Shown here: piece by piece, positions 53,235 to 62,755 of the stretch | Numbering within the stretch: the stretch's first letter is position 1 | Layout: each line of letters begins with the position of its first letter | Assembly (NCBI GenBank): GCA_964495075.1 | Contig: CAZBUJ010000010.1 | Coordinates: forward strand, 14,334 to 78,333 | Reading direction: 5' to 3' | DNA length: 64,000 bases | From: an uncultured Phycisphaeraceae bacterium | Lineage (GTDB): Bacteria > Planctomycetota > Phycisphaerae > UBA1845 | Position numbers and translations under genes: made by a program | Notes under the pieces: model-generated | Database searches by the model: none | Told to the model about the DNA's origin: nothing | Seen by the model: only the letters and a program-made list of their open reading frames with translations

Positions 53235-56200
53235 TCAGGATTGTCCGAACGACAGCGAGCTCAACGCGGAAAGCGACGACTGCTGCTGGCTCAGTTGGGC
53301 CAGGGCGGTCTCCAGGGCCTGGAACTGCCGCTCGAGCAGCGCCCGCTTGCCTTCCAGCAGGGCTTTTGTTGTTTCAATCCGACTGTTCAAGTCGTCCTCG
53401 CGCTTCTGGAGGGTGGCATTCTGGCGGTCGATCAGCCCGTCGCTGGAGCGAGTGATCTCGTCCAGCATCTCCTCCAGCACCGCGCCGATCCCGTCCTCGT
53501 CGTCGGTGAACAACTGCTCCACGATCTCCGGGCGTTCGGCATAGGCGTCGCGGAACGTCTCTTCGTCGAACTCCAGCCGGGCACCGCTGGTCAGCCGGAC
53601 CCCCACGTCGAACAAGCGGTTCAGCGCGGACGGGCCGGCATCGTACGGCTGAACCACCGCGCGGCTCAGCCGGTCCTGGATCCGGCGTACCGTGGCGTCG
53701 CCGAGCAGCACGCCCCGCGTCTCCGTCTCCGGGTCGAACGCGGTGTATTCGTCAATGCGATCCTGGACGTCGTTATACGTCGAGACGAAGCTCTTCAGGT
53801 CCGCCACGATCCGCTCGAGATCCTGCGTGACCGAAATGGAGACCGGGTCGTCGGAGGTGCCGATCAGGTTGAGGGTCACCCCCTCGATCACGTCGGACAC
53901 CGAGTTGCTCGAACTCGACACCACGATCGGGTTTGGCGACGTTCCGTCACCGAGGAAAAAGACCGCGTCACGCGCCTCGACCAGCGTCTGCGTGGCGAGT
54001 CCGGTCGCCCCGGCGTCGAAGATCAGCTCGCCCCGACTGCCCGACACGTCCGAGGTCAGGGTCAGGCGGTACGGACTGGACCCCGACCCGTCATTCAGCA
54101 CGGAGGCGCTGATCCGGCCGCCCGCATCGTTGATCTTGGCGACGACGTCGTTCAACGTATCGTCGGCGTCGATGTCGATGGAAAGCTCCATCGTGCCGTC
54201 GATGAACGATTCCCCGTCCTTCGCCGCGCCCGCGATGTGCAGGTCCACCGCGGTGCCGCCGTCCTCGTCGTCGACCCGAAGCCGCTCCTCGCCGCCCGCG
54301 CTGTCCGTGAGCACGATGCCGTCGCCCTGCTCGTTGATCGACGCCACCACATGCGACGCATCGGAGAACGCGTTGATCTGGCGTATGATGTCGCCCAGGG
54401 TGGTCAGCTGCTCCGAGATGTTGATGGTGAAACCGGCCCCCTGGCTGTTGGTCAGGCGCATCTTCCCCGCCCGCACCCCCTGACCGTAATTCATGTCCTC
54501 GAGACGAGTGGCCTCCGAGATGTACTGTAGCTGCACGTTGTCACCGTCGTGCACACCGTCGGCCGTTTCACCGAGCAGACCGAGATCCGCCGCCGTCGTG
54601 CTTCCGCTCTCTTCCACCCGAATGGCCCCGGAGGTCATCCCGGTCTCGTCCACGATCGCGATGCCGTTGCCGGCGTTGTTGATCTGGGCCCGGATCCGGG
54701 CGGTGCCGGCGCTACTATTGATCCGATCCAGCACGTCCTGCACCGTCTGGGCACCCGCCAGATCCACCACCGTTTGCGCCCCCGCCCGGTCCGAGATGCG
54801 AATGCTGCCGAGTGCCACCCCGCGTCCCCCGTTGAGCGACTGGAGCAACACCGTGTTCAGCCCGGCAATCAGGTCCCGCGACTGCGCCGAGAGGCCGCTG
54901 TGCTCGCCGGCGAGCCCGAGATCGGCGGCGGTGTGGGTCAGCGTGCCATCCGGCAACTCCACGCCTTCGACCGTGATGCCGCCGCCGCCGATCGTGTTGT
55001 ACGTCAGTCGGATCCCGTTGCCGGAGAGGGAGGCGGTGACCTCTCCCTCGTTCCCCTCGGCGTAGTTGATCGCCCGAATCACGTCGCCGACGGTGGCGAT
55101 GCGGAAGATGTCGCTGCCGGTCAGCGTCTGCTTGTCGACCTCGCCGGCGATCCCGAGATCGCGGGCCGCGAACCCGCTCACGTCCTCGATCTTCAGGGCG
55201 CGCCGCTGATCCTCCGGCGTCTCGGTCGTGTCCGAGATCATCAGGTAGTTGTTGGCCCGCGTCGCCCGCACCCCGACGTCCGCTTCGTTGATGAAGGTGA
55301 TCACGTCTTGAATCGTCCGGGCCGACGACAGGTCAATCTCGGCGGACGTCCCGCTGCGATCGGTGATCCGGATGATGCCGGGCGGACGACCGGTTCCGTC
55401 ATCCATCCGCACGCCGTTGCCACTATTGAGCTGCTCCAGCCGGGTCGTGTCGTCCAGGAAATCGGACAGGGAGACCGTGAACGACGTGTCCCCGCCGCCG
55501 GCGGTGATGCGGAAGTCCCCCGTCCCGGCGCGAACGTCACGCCGGACGCCGTTGCCGTCGTTGAGCGTCGACAGCAGCGTGGCGTCGGACAGGTGCACCA
55601 CGTCGGCCCCGTCGATGCGACCCGTCTCGCTCGTCCCGAGGATGCCCAGGTCGGACGCCGTGGCCCCGCCGGCGTACTCGCCGACCGTCAGTGTGCCCCC
55701 GTCCACGTTCTCCAGCACGATGCGATCGCCGGAGACCGACGCCTTCACGTTGATCAGCGACTGCTGGTTGATCGCGTCGAGCACGTCGTCGACGGTGATG
55801 GCCGCCGAGAGATCGACGACCGCCGTCACCGCGGTGTCGTCGCTTCCGGTCGTGATCGAGACGCGTCCCCGCCGGACGCCCTCTCCGCCATTAAGGCGAT
55901 CGAGCGAAGTGGTCGGGTTGAGCTTGCCCCGCCCGATTTCCACCGTCAGCGTGCCGGCCCCCACCGGCGTGGTGTCGGCGTCGGACAGCCCGCGGGCGAT
56001 CAATTGGTGATTGCTCACCAGCGAATGGACGCGAAACTGGTACGAGCCCGGCCGGGCACTGGAGCTCGTGATCGCCGTCATGACCGACTCGTCGCTGCTC
56101 GTGCTCTTGAAGGTCTGGAAGAACTGCGACTCGCCGAACCGGGACACGATTCCCTTCAGCGACGTGAGCCGGGCGGCCAGATCGGCGAACGCCGTCCGCT

Positions 56201-56330
56201 GGATCTGCAACGCCTGGACCCGCTCTTCCATGAGCGTGACCGGGCCGGAGGACGCGTTGATGTAAGCGTCGATGATGTCCTGCGTGGGCAGGCCGGACAG
56301 AAGACCGACGGAACTCGTAATGCCGCTCAT
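53235..56330 (-). CDS. fliD: Flagellar filament cap protein FliD (HAP2), unusually long, with internal repeat modules
   Basis: FliD N-terminus (ITSSVGLLSGLPTQDIIDAYINASSGPVTLMEERVQALQIQRTAF) and a C-terminal FliD_C-like coiled region. I prefer the ATG at 56330 (MSGITSS). The maximal ORF starts with GTG at 56393. Confidence 0.85.
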   Translation of the reverse strand: MSGITSSVGLLSGLPTQDIIDAYINASSGPVTLMEERVQALQIQRTAFADLAARLTSLKGIVSRFGESQFFQTFKSTSSDESVMTAITSSSARPGSYQFRVHSLVSNHQLIARGLSDADTTPVGAGTLTVEIGRGKLNPTTSLDRLNGGEGVRRGRVSITTGSDDTAVTAVVDLSAAITVDDVLDAINQQSLINVKASVSGDRIVLENVDGGTLTVGEYAGGATASDLGILGTSETGRIDGADVVHLSDATLLSTLNDGNGVRRDVRAGTGDFRITAGGGDTSFTVSLSDFLDDTTRLEQLNSGNGVRMDDGTGRPPGIIRITDRSGTSAEIDLSSARTIQDVITFINEADVGVRATRANNYLMISDTTETPEDQRRALKIEDVSGFAARDLGIAGEVDKQTLTGSDIFRIATVGDVIRAINYAEGNEGEVTASLSGNGIRLTYNTIGGGGITVEGVELPDGTLTHTAADLGLAGEHSGLSAQSRDLIAGLNTVLLQSLNGGRGVALGSIRISDRAGAQTVVDLAGAQTVQDVLDRINSSAGTARIRAQINNAGNGIAIVDETGMTSGAIRVEESGSTTAADLGLLGETADGVHDGDNVQLQYISEATRLEDMNYGQGVRAGKMRLTNSQGAGFTINISEQLTTLGDIIRQINAFSDASHVVASINEQGDGIVLTDSAGGEERLRVDDEDGGTAVDLHIAGAAKDGESFIDGTMELSIDIDADDTLNDVVAKINDAGGRISASVLNDGSGSSPYRLTLTSDVSGSRGELIFDAGATGLATQTLVEARDAVFFLGDGTSPNPIVVSSSSNSVSDVIEGVTLNLIGTSDDPVSISVTQDLERIVADLKSFVSTYNDVQDRIDEYTAFDPETETRGVLLGDATVRRIQDRLSRAVVQPYDAGPSALNRLFDVGVRLTSGARLEFDEETFRDAYAERPEIVEQLFTDDEDGIGAVLEEMLDEITRSSDGLIDRQNATLQKREDDLNSRIETTKALLEGKRALLERQFQALETALAQLSQQQSSLSALSSLSFGQS

Positions 56331-56397
56331 GCGAATCACTCCCGACAGCCGGGCGACCGGGCGCAGACCGGGCGCGACAGGCTGAGAAACCACATGG

Positions 56398-56405
56398 TTA
56401 TCGGC
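56398..56405 (-). promoter_or_regulatory. Exact sigma-28 (FliA) -10 consensus GCCGATAA on the gene strand upstream of fliD; the -35 is weak or absent
   Basis: The plus strand reads ttatcggc at 56398-56405. The expected TAAA 15 nt upstream is not present (it reads TTAG). The placement is only compatible with the ATG at 56330 as the fliD start. Confidence 0.3.
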
Positions 56406-56477
56406 AGAAACACGGCGGTTCTAAAGGGGATTCATTCACCTTCAGAACCGCCGCGAATCGGTAGGGGAAGCTGTCGA

Positions 56478-57896
56478 TCAACCACCCAGCAGAGTCAGCG
56501 CCGTCTGCGGCACCTGCTGGCTGATGTTCAGTGTCATCGAGTTCGCCTGAAGCAGGATCTGATCCCGGGTCAGGGCCGACACCTCGACGGCATAATCGGC
56601 GTCGCGGATCGCGGACTCGCTTGCCGTCACGTTCTCGAAGGCGATCTGCTGGCTGTTGATGTTGGTCTCCATTTTCTGCTTCTGGGCGGCTCCCAGCCGC
56701 CCCCGCATGCTGGAGACCTGGTTGATCGCCTCGGTGATGATGTTCTCGGCCGCGATGAAGTTGCCGCGGGCCACCTCGTACGCGCCGCCGCTGCGAATGT
56801 CGCTCAGGAAACCGGTGATCGTGTTGCCCAGGTTCGCCGTCGACGTCGAATCGATCCCCATATGAAGCTGGCCCTGGAGGTTGACCTGCGGCGTGATCTG
56901 GAACAGGGCCCCTCCGCCGGTGATGTAGAACGTGGACGTCGTGGTCTGCATGGCGAACGCGGACGTCAGGTAGAACCGGGCCTCCAGCCCCTGGGTTCGC
57001 GTGTCTGCCTGCAACCCGCTCGTGTAGGCCCGCTGCCCGTTCACGATAACGTTCGGATCGAACCCTTCGTCCCGCTGCGTCGTGCCCGTTGCGATGCTCG
57101 AGCCCATGAACGTGCCGTTGATTGACCGCACGCTCACGAAGGCGTCGCTGCCGAACTCCGTGCTCACCAGGACCAACGACCCGCCGGACACCGCCGCCCG
57201 GACTCCCGTCGCGTCGGTGATGCTGTTGATCGCGTCGCGAACTTCGGCCTGGGTGGACCCCGACTGGAACGACAGAATGTCCGTCCCCAGCCGACCCGAA
57301 AGCTCGATGGTCACCGCGCTGGTGGTCGTCGCGCCGAACGACATCTGGGCCAGCTCGGCCGCCGACTGCACCTCCACCACGACCCGCTTCGTCCCGCCTT
57401 CGGCGATGCGGGCCGCATAGACCGACGTATGGGCGAGTTGCGTCGTGTCGATGCTGCTGGCCTGGTACGCCATCGCCCCGCTCAACAGCTTCTTGCCGGC
57501 GAACGTCGTGGTATTCGCGATGCGGTCGATGCTCGACAGGATCGCATCGATCTCGAGCTGGTTGGCCTGCACTTCCTCGTCGGAGATGGCACCTTCGTTG
57601 GCGATTCCGAGCACCAGCCCCTTGAGGTCAAGCAGCAGCGAGGAGACCTCGTTCAGCGAGCCCTCGGCCACCGAGATGACGTTGATGGCCCGCTGGGTGT
57701 TCTTGATCGCGGCCGACAGGCCGCGGATCTCCTTCCGCAGGCTCTCGGAGGCAATCAGTCCGGCCGGGTCATCTTTTCCCCGGTTGATGCGCAGCCCCGT
57801 GGCCAGCCGTTCCAACCTCGTATACAGGTCGTTGGTGTTGCCGCGGAAACGCCCCATGGCAACGATGGCGGGAACATTGGTGTTGATGCGAGTCAT
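56478..57896 (-). CDS. fliC: Flagellin
   Basis: 472 aa. N-terminus MTRINTNVPAI...LATGLRINRGKDDPAGLIASESLR, and the C-terminus has conserved flagellin D0/D1 helices (SALTRDQILLQANSMTLNISQQVPQTALTLLG). Confidence 0.9.
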   Translation of the reverse strand: MTRINTNVPAIVAMGRFRGNTNDLYTRLERLATGLRINRGKDDPAGLIASESLRKEIRGLSAAIKNTQRAINVISVAEGSLNEVSSLLLDLKGLVLGIANEGAISDEEVQANQLEIDAILSSIDRIANTTTFAGKKLLSGAMAYQASSIDTTQLAHTSVYAARIAEGGTKRVVVEVQSAAELAQMSFGATTTSAVTIELSGRLGTDILSFQSGSTQAEVRDAINSITDATGVRAAVSGGSLVLVSTEFGSDAFVSVRSINGTFMGSSIATGTTQRDEGFDPNVIVNGQRAYTSGLQADTRTQGLEARFYLTSAFAMQTTTSTFYITGGGALFQITPQVNLQGQLHMGIDSTSTANLGNTITGFLSDIRSGGAYEVARGNFIAAENIITEAINQVSSMRGRLGAAQKQKMETNINSQQIAFENVTASESAIRDADYAVEVSALTRDQILLQANSMTLNISQQVPQTALTLLGG

Positions 57897-58083
57897 AGCA
57901 TCCTCCGTGACAATGCGGGCCGCCTGTTCCGCTCATGCCCGCGATCGCGCAGCCGTGCACGATCCAAACCCGTTTTTCGGCCGGCGAGCGATTCCACCGG
58001 ACGTCCGCCAGACCCGCCCCGCGATGGATCGAGCGCGGCGTCCGCAGACGCAGCGAGCATTATCGCTCGACGCCGTACAGCGC

Positions 58084-58111
58084 ATTTCGTCCGGCCGATA
58101 AGGGCCCTTTA
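58084..58111 (-). promoter_or_regulatory. Conserved 28-nt block upstream of flagellin gene 1; candidate sigma-28-like promoter (TAAAGGGC-N12-GACGAAAT on the gene strand)
   Basis: 21 of 28 positions are identical to the block at 59977-60004. The gene strand reads TAAAGGGCCCTTATCGGCCGGACGAAAT, about 190-215 nt upstream of the ATG at 57896. Confidence 0.3.
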
Positions 58112-58262
58112 CTTAATTCCCGGTCCTTGCAGTAGATAGGAACTTATGGGACCTCCTCGCCAACCCGGGGCCGATAACGCCCCCAGTCCGTTCAACGAAA
58201 ACGCCCGCCGCCGGTCGAAACCGGCGCCGGGCGCCTGCTGCGATCCCTCAACGCGGCCGGCT

Positions 58263-59684
58263 TTACCCGAGTAGCTGCAATGCGTTCTGCGGCAACTGGT
58301 TGGCCAGCTGCAGCGACAGAATGTTCGACTGCACCAGGATCTGCGCCCGGGACAATGAACTCGTCTCGACGGCGAAGTCCGTGTCGCGGATCGCACTCTC
58401 GGCTGCCGCCGTATTCTCGAACGCCACCTGCAGCGAGTTGATCGTCGTCTGCAGCGTGTCCTTCTGGAACGCACCGATCCGACCGCGGAGGGACGAGATC
58501 TGGTCCTGTGCCTTGCGCACGATCCGCTGCGCGTTCAGGTAGTTGCGGCTGTGCACGTCGTTGGTCTGACCGCGGGACAGCGTCGACAGTCGGCCGATGA
58601 CATCGTCACCCAGCGACGCCGTGGTAACGGAACCGATGCCGATCGTTTCCCGCCCGATCAGACCCACCTCGGGCGAGATGGCGAATTTCGCGCCGCCGCC
58701 CGTGACGTAGAACGTGGCCGCCGCCGACGTGTTCTGCGAGAACGCCGCCGACAACGACAGGTCGAGTGACAGGGAGCCGGAAACCACCGACGCTTCCAGG
58801 CCGCGGGTGGTGGCGGTGAACCCGTTGATGGTCACCGTCGGATCCACGCCAGTATCGGTGACCACGCCACCGGTCGGCGTGAAGTCGCCCGTCAGGACCT
58901 GGATCTCGACCAGGGCGTCGCTGCCGTAGTTCGTGCTGTTCAAATACAGCGTCCCCCCGGCCGCCGAGGCGGTCACCCCGGTCAGCTCTTGGGAGGAGTT
59001 GATCGCAGTAGCCATGTCGCTCAACGTGGTGCCGGAGGCAAAGCTCAACACGTCGGCCCCGTACTCACCGCGAACCTCGAGCGTGGTGGCCGACTGCAGC
59101 GCACCGCCCGCACCGCCGCCGAGCCCGGAGAGCCGGGCCGTCTGGGCCGAGGCCAGCACCTGCACGGTGACGGTCCGGGCGGCCCCGTCGGGGACCTTGG
59201 CGGAGTTGATCTGGAGAGCCGCGATCTGCGAACTGTTCACCGAGGAGGTCGTGAAATCGTAGTTCCCGTCGAGCAGCTTCTCGCCGTTGAACGCGGTGGT
59301 GCCTGAGATCCGATTGATCGACGACAGGATCGTGTCGATCTGGAGCTGGTTTGCGTCCCGCTCGCTGTCGGACAGCCCCGCTTCGTTGGCGCTGCGATCG
59401 ATCAGGTCCTCCAGTTCGAGGAGTAGCGCGTTGACCTCGGCCAGGGCCGCTTCCGCGATGCCCACCACGTGGTCGGCCCGATTGGCGTTGTTGATCGCCG
59501 CGGTGATCGCAATCTTGGAGGCCCGCAGGCCCTCGGATGCGATCAGGCCCGCCGGGTCGTCCTTGCCCGTGTTGATTCGCACGCCCGTGCTCAGGCGGTC
59601 CAGGGCCGTCGTCAAGGACAGGTTGTTGGCGTCGAGCGTTCGCCTGGCAATGAGGTTCTGGACATTCGTGTTGATGCGAGTCAT
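58263..59684 (-). CDS. fliC: Flagellin (second paralogue)
   Basis: The ATG at 59684 gives MTRINTNVQNLIARRTL...GVRINTGKDDPAGLIASEGLR. The C-terminus is LSRAQILVQSNILSLQLANQLPQNALQLLG. The maximal ORF extends to 59744. Confidence 0.9.
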   Translation of the reverse strand: MTRINTNVQNLIARRTLDANNLSLTTALDRLSTGVRINTGKDDPAGLIASEGLRASKIAITAAINNANRADHVVGIAEAALAEVNALLLELEDLIDRSANEAGLSDSERDANQLQIDTILSSINRISGTTAFNGEKLLDGNYDFTTSSVNSSQIAALQINSAKVPDGAARTVTVQVLASAQTARLSGLGGGAGGALQSATTLEVRGEYGADVLSFASGTTLSDMATAINSSQELTGVTASAAGGTLYLNSTNYGSDALVEIQVLTGDFTPTGGVVTDTGVDPTVTINGFTATTRGLEASVVSGSLSLDLSLSAAFSQNTSAAATFYVTGGGAKFAISPEVGLIGRETIGIGSVTTASLGDDVIGRLSTLSRGQTNDVHSRNYLNAQRIVRKAQDQISSLRGRIGAFQKDTLQTTINSLQVAFENTAAAESAIRDTDFAVETSSLSRAQILVQSNILSLQLANQLPQNALQLLG

Positions 59685-59976
59685 GACGGTTCGTGCCTCC
59701 AAACGCGTCTTCGTATCCGCCGGCCGGCTCGATGGGAGCGCCATCGATGCAGTTCACCGCGACGGATGGTTTGACGGTGCCGTCAGGGCGATGCTGACTG
59801 ACGGCGGGCTCGTGCATCCGAGTATGTTGAGCGGACGACCGTACCCGTTGCCGATCACGTCCGCTGCCGAATCTGGCGAGTAAATCTCCTGTCCAGCGCC
59901 GCGGCGATCGGCGCCTTGCGTCGCAGCTCCCGTTGTCCGCCATCGGCAGCCGGGACACCGCGCGTTGACTCTGCTC

Positions 59977-60004
59977 GGATCGTCGCACCGATAAGGCCCC
60001 TTTA
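59977..60004 (-). promoter_or_regulatory. Conserved 28-nt block upstream of flagellin gene 2; candidate sigma-28-like promoter (TAAAGGGG-N12-GACGATCC on the gene strand)
   Basis: The gene strand reads TAAAGGGGCCTTATCGGTGCGACGATCC, about 295-320 nt upstream of the ATG at 59684. It is a paralogue of the block at 58084-58111. Confidence 0.3.
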
Positions 60005-60310
60005 GGTGTTTCCCCGCGGCCGGAAACCGGCGGTTGGACACCGCACCGATATCGGGACCAAGCCGGGATTCCCATAAACCGCCGCAATGGAATCAGACCC
60101 GATCAGGCTCGGCTATTACCGGACAAGCCCTCGGCGGCGTCCCAAAACCGAAGGGCCAAAATTTTTGACGGCAAGACCGCTTTTATCGCGTACAGCCGCC
60201 CGATGACGGCCATGACAAACCCGCAGGCGCGAGATTCCCGGCCACGACCGTAAACATCCAAATGGAGAGTGGATGGAAAGACATTCTGGCGACAAGGCAA
60301 GGCGAGAAGA

Positions 60311-61141
60311 CTACGAGGAACGCAACGCGTCCTCCAACGTGGTACGCGCATCCGTCCGGGCGTCACGGTACTTCACGATCACCGCCGCGTAGATCGCGAT
60401 GCCCCGCGCAGCGGCAAAGTCACCGGACGCTGCCCGTGTTCCAGACACCACCACCGCGCCCGGCGGAATCGTCAATACGCCGTCCATCGGCTCGATGCGA
60501 CACTCGTGGACCAGGTCGATCACCGGCGTCGATGACGCCAACACGACGCCGGCCGCCAGGACGGCACCGCGACCGACACGCACGCCTTCGTAGACGCCGC
60601 AGTTCCCGCCGATGAACGCGTGGTCCTCCACGATTACCGGCAACGCACCGACCGGCTCCAACACGCCACCGATCTGCGCCGCGGCGGACACGTGAACGCC
60701 GCGCCCCACCTGCGCGCACGAACCGATCAACGCATGACTGTCGATCATCGAATCGGCGTCGACGTATGCCCCCACGTTTATGTACGCCGGCGGCATGATC
60801 ACCACGTCGGCGCCGACGTGGGCGCCCCGGCGAATCGTCGTGCCGCCGGGAACCACCCGGACGCCCGGCGGACACTCGGTCTGCGGGAACAGCAGGTCGC
60901 GGTCCCGATAGGGAAACACGTCGCCGGTCAGATCCATGTTGTCCGCCAGGCGAAAGACCTGAAGGATCCCCTCTTTCACACGGCGATCGACCACCCAGTG
61001 GCCATCTCCGCCCGGATGGGCCGCACGCAACTCACCACGCTGCAACGCATCGAGAAACGCACGGCACGCCTCGCGCGACTGGGGCACGGACCCGGTCGAC
61101 GCGTCACGCCCCGGCGACGGCGGAGTGACGTTGATTGGCAT
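60311..61141 (-). CDS. dapD: 2,3,4,5-tetrahydropyridine-2,6-dicarboxylate N-acyl(succinyl)transferase
   Basis: Left-handed beta-helix hexapeptide repeats (GAHVGADVVIMPPAYINVGAYVDADSMIDSHALIGSCAQVGRGVHVSAAAQIGG) and a DapD-like N-domain. It lies downstream of dapB-dapA. The start at the ATG at 61141 is chosen by eye. Confidence 0.8.
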   Translation of the reverse strand: MPINVTPPSPGRDASTGSVPQSREACRAFLDALQRGELRAAHPGGDGHWVVDRRVKEGILQVFRLADNMDLTGDVFPYRDRDLLFPQTECPPGVRVVPGGTTIRRGAHVGADVVIMPPAYINVGAYVDADSMIDSHALIGSCAQVGRGVHVSAAAQIGGVLEPVGALPVIVEDHAFIGGNCGVYEGVRVGRGAVLAAGVVLASSTPVIDLVHECRIEPMDGVLTIPPGAVVVSGTRAASGDFAAARGIAIYAAVIVKYRDARTDARTTLEDALRSS

Positions 61142-62057
61142 CGCTTGCCCCCCGTTGAACAATCTGCGTGGTCTCGATAACTCTCGCCTGCTGCAACGCC
61201 GCCCGGACCGCGGCATGATGCGGCTCGAGCAACGTCGTCATCGGCGTCCGCAGCACGTTCGCGATCAACCCCATCTCCGCCATTGCGAACTTGACCGGGA
61301 TCGGATTGGATTCGATGAAGTTCGCCTTCATCAACCCGAACAACTGCCCGTGCAGCTCCGCAGCCGTCGCCCGGTCGCCGCCGAGGGCCGCCCGGACCAG
61401 CGACACGAACGCGGCGGGCACCTCGTTCGAGATTACGGCGATCACACCGTCCGCCCCCAACGCGATCATCGGGAGGGCCAACGAATCCTCGCCCGACAGC
61501 ACGGTGAACCGATCCGGCCGCCCACGCAGAATCGCCGCCGCCTGATCCAGGTCGGCCACCGCCTGCTTCACCGCGACGAAACGCGAATCCTCGGCGAGTT
61601 GGAGCACCGTCTCCGGCGCCATCGTGACACTCGTCCGCGAGGGCACGTTGTAGAGAATCACGGGCCGGTCCGTCGCGTCCGCCACCGCGTGGAAATGATC
61701 GACCAGTCCCTGCTGCGTGGGCTTGACGTAATACGGCGTGACGTGCAGCAACGCGTCAGCCCCGGCCCGGACACAATCCCGGGACAACGCGACGGCCTGC
61801 GCCGTCCGATTACTCCCCGCACCGGCGATCACCGGCACCCGCCCCGCCGCCGCCGCCACCACCGCCTCGACGACGTGGACATGCTCCTCTGGCTCCATCG
61901 CCGCCGCTTCACCGGTGGTCCCGCAGGCCACGACGCCGGCCACGCCCGCGTCCACCTGCCGGTCCACCAGCCGGGCCATGGCCGGCCCGTCAAACGAACC
62001 GTCCGCGTGAAAGGGTGTCACCAGTGCGGTGAAGACTCCGGTCAGCCGTTCGTCCAT
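61104..62057 (-). CDS. dapA: 4-hydroxy-tetrahydrodipicolinate synthase
   Basis: 317 aa. GVFTALVTPF, GTTGEAAAM, YNVPSRT and the lysine-containing motif region VAVKQA. Confidence 0.9.
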   Translation of the reverse strand: MDERLTGVFTALVTPFHADGSFDGPAMARLVDRQVDAGVAGVVACGTTGEAAAMEPEEHVHVVEAVVAAAAGRVPVIAGAGSNRTAQAVALSRDCVRAGADALLHVTPYYVKPTQQGLVDHFHAVADATDRPVILYNVPSRTSVTMAPETVLQLAEDSRFVAVKQAVADLDQAAAILRGRPDRFTVLSGEDSLALPMIALGADGVIAVISNEVPAAFVSLVRAALGGDRATAAELHGQLFGLMKANFIESNPIPVKFAMAEMGLIANVLRTPMTTLLEPHHAAVRAALQQARVIETTQIVQRGASDANQRHSAVAGA

Positions 62058-62755
62058 GTTCCGGCCCTTTCCAGAAAGCGATCAAAATCCACCAGCCCGA
62101 TCGGCCGGTCGCGGTAGAGCCACTCCGCGGCCCGAATCGCACCCAGGGCAAACACCTCGGGCGATCGCGCCGAGTGAGTGATCGTAAGCGTCTCGGCGTG
62201 CCCCTCGAAAATCAGCGTGTGCTCGCCCGGCTGATTGCCGTGCCGCAACGCCGCCACCGGAAGATCGGACGCCGCACCCGCCTCCTCCAGCACCGACGCC
62301 AACATGCGGGCGGTGCCGGACGGCGCGTCACGCTTCGACCGATGATGGCGCTCGACCAGCGCCGGCTCGAAACCCTCGATGTTACGCAGCAGCAGACCGG
62401 CCTGCCGGACCAGCCGCTTCATCACCGCGATCCCGATCGAGAAGTTGGCCGCGACCAGCAGCGAGGCCCCGGCCTCGCGGGCCACCGCGTCCAGCGACCG
62501 GGGATCCCAGCCGGTCGTCCCGCTCACCACCGGCACGCCCAACGCCAGCACGGTCCGGACGTTGCCTTCGGCCGCCTCCGGCTGCGTGAACTCGATCACG
62601 ACGTCCGGGGCCGTCGCCCGCACCGCGTCGGCCAGCGGCCGACCCGCCGCGTCGCCGTCCACGTCGATCTGATTGACAATGGTGTGTCCGAGGTCGCCGG
62701 CGACCGATGTCACCGCCCGCCCCATGCGCCCCAGTCCGACCACAACAATGTTCAT
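62042..62755 (-). CDS. dapB: 4-hydroxy-tetrahydrodipicolinate reductase
   Basis: 237 aa. N-terminal Rossmann motif MNIVVVGLGRMG, TTGW, and the catalytic motif ERHHRSKRDAPSGTA. Confidence 0.9.
   Translation of the reverse strand: MNIVVVGLGRMGRAVTSVAGDLGHTIVNQIDVDGDAAGRPLADAVRATAPDVVIEFTQPEAAEGNVRTVLALGVPVVSGTTGWDPRSLDAVAREAGASLLVAANFSIGIAVMKRLVRQAGLLLRNIEGFEPALVERHHRSKRDAPSGTARMLASVLEEAGAASDLPVAALRHGNQPGEHTLIFEGHAETLTITHSARSPEVFALGAIRAAEWLYRDRPIGLVDFDRFLERAGTWTNG

Noticed and set aside
54549-57125. 858-aa plus-strand ORF opposite fliD and flagellin, and 53241-54530 (429 aa)
   Set aside because: These are antisense shadow ORFs with an Arg/Asp/Gly/Pro-dominated composition and no motifs. The minus-strand genes are unambiguous FliD and flagellin.
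58094-58177. Two exact GCCGATAA octamers on the plus strand, read as sigma-28 promoters
   Set aside because: They point away from both flagellin genes, so they would drive antisense transcription. Neither has TAAA 15 nt upstream. I reinterpreted the first as part of a conserved block read on the gene strand; the second remains unexplained.
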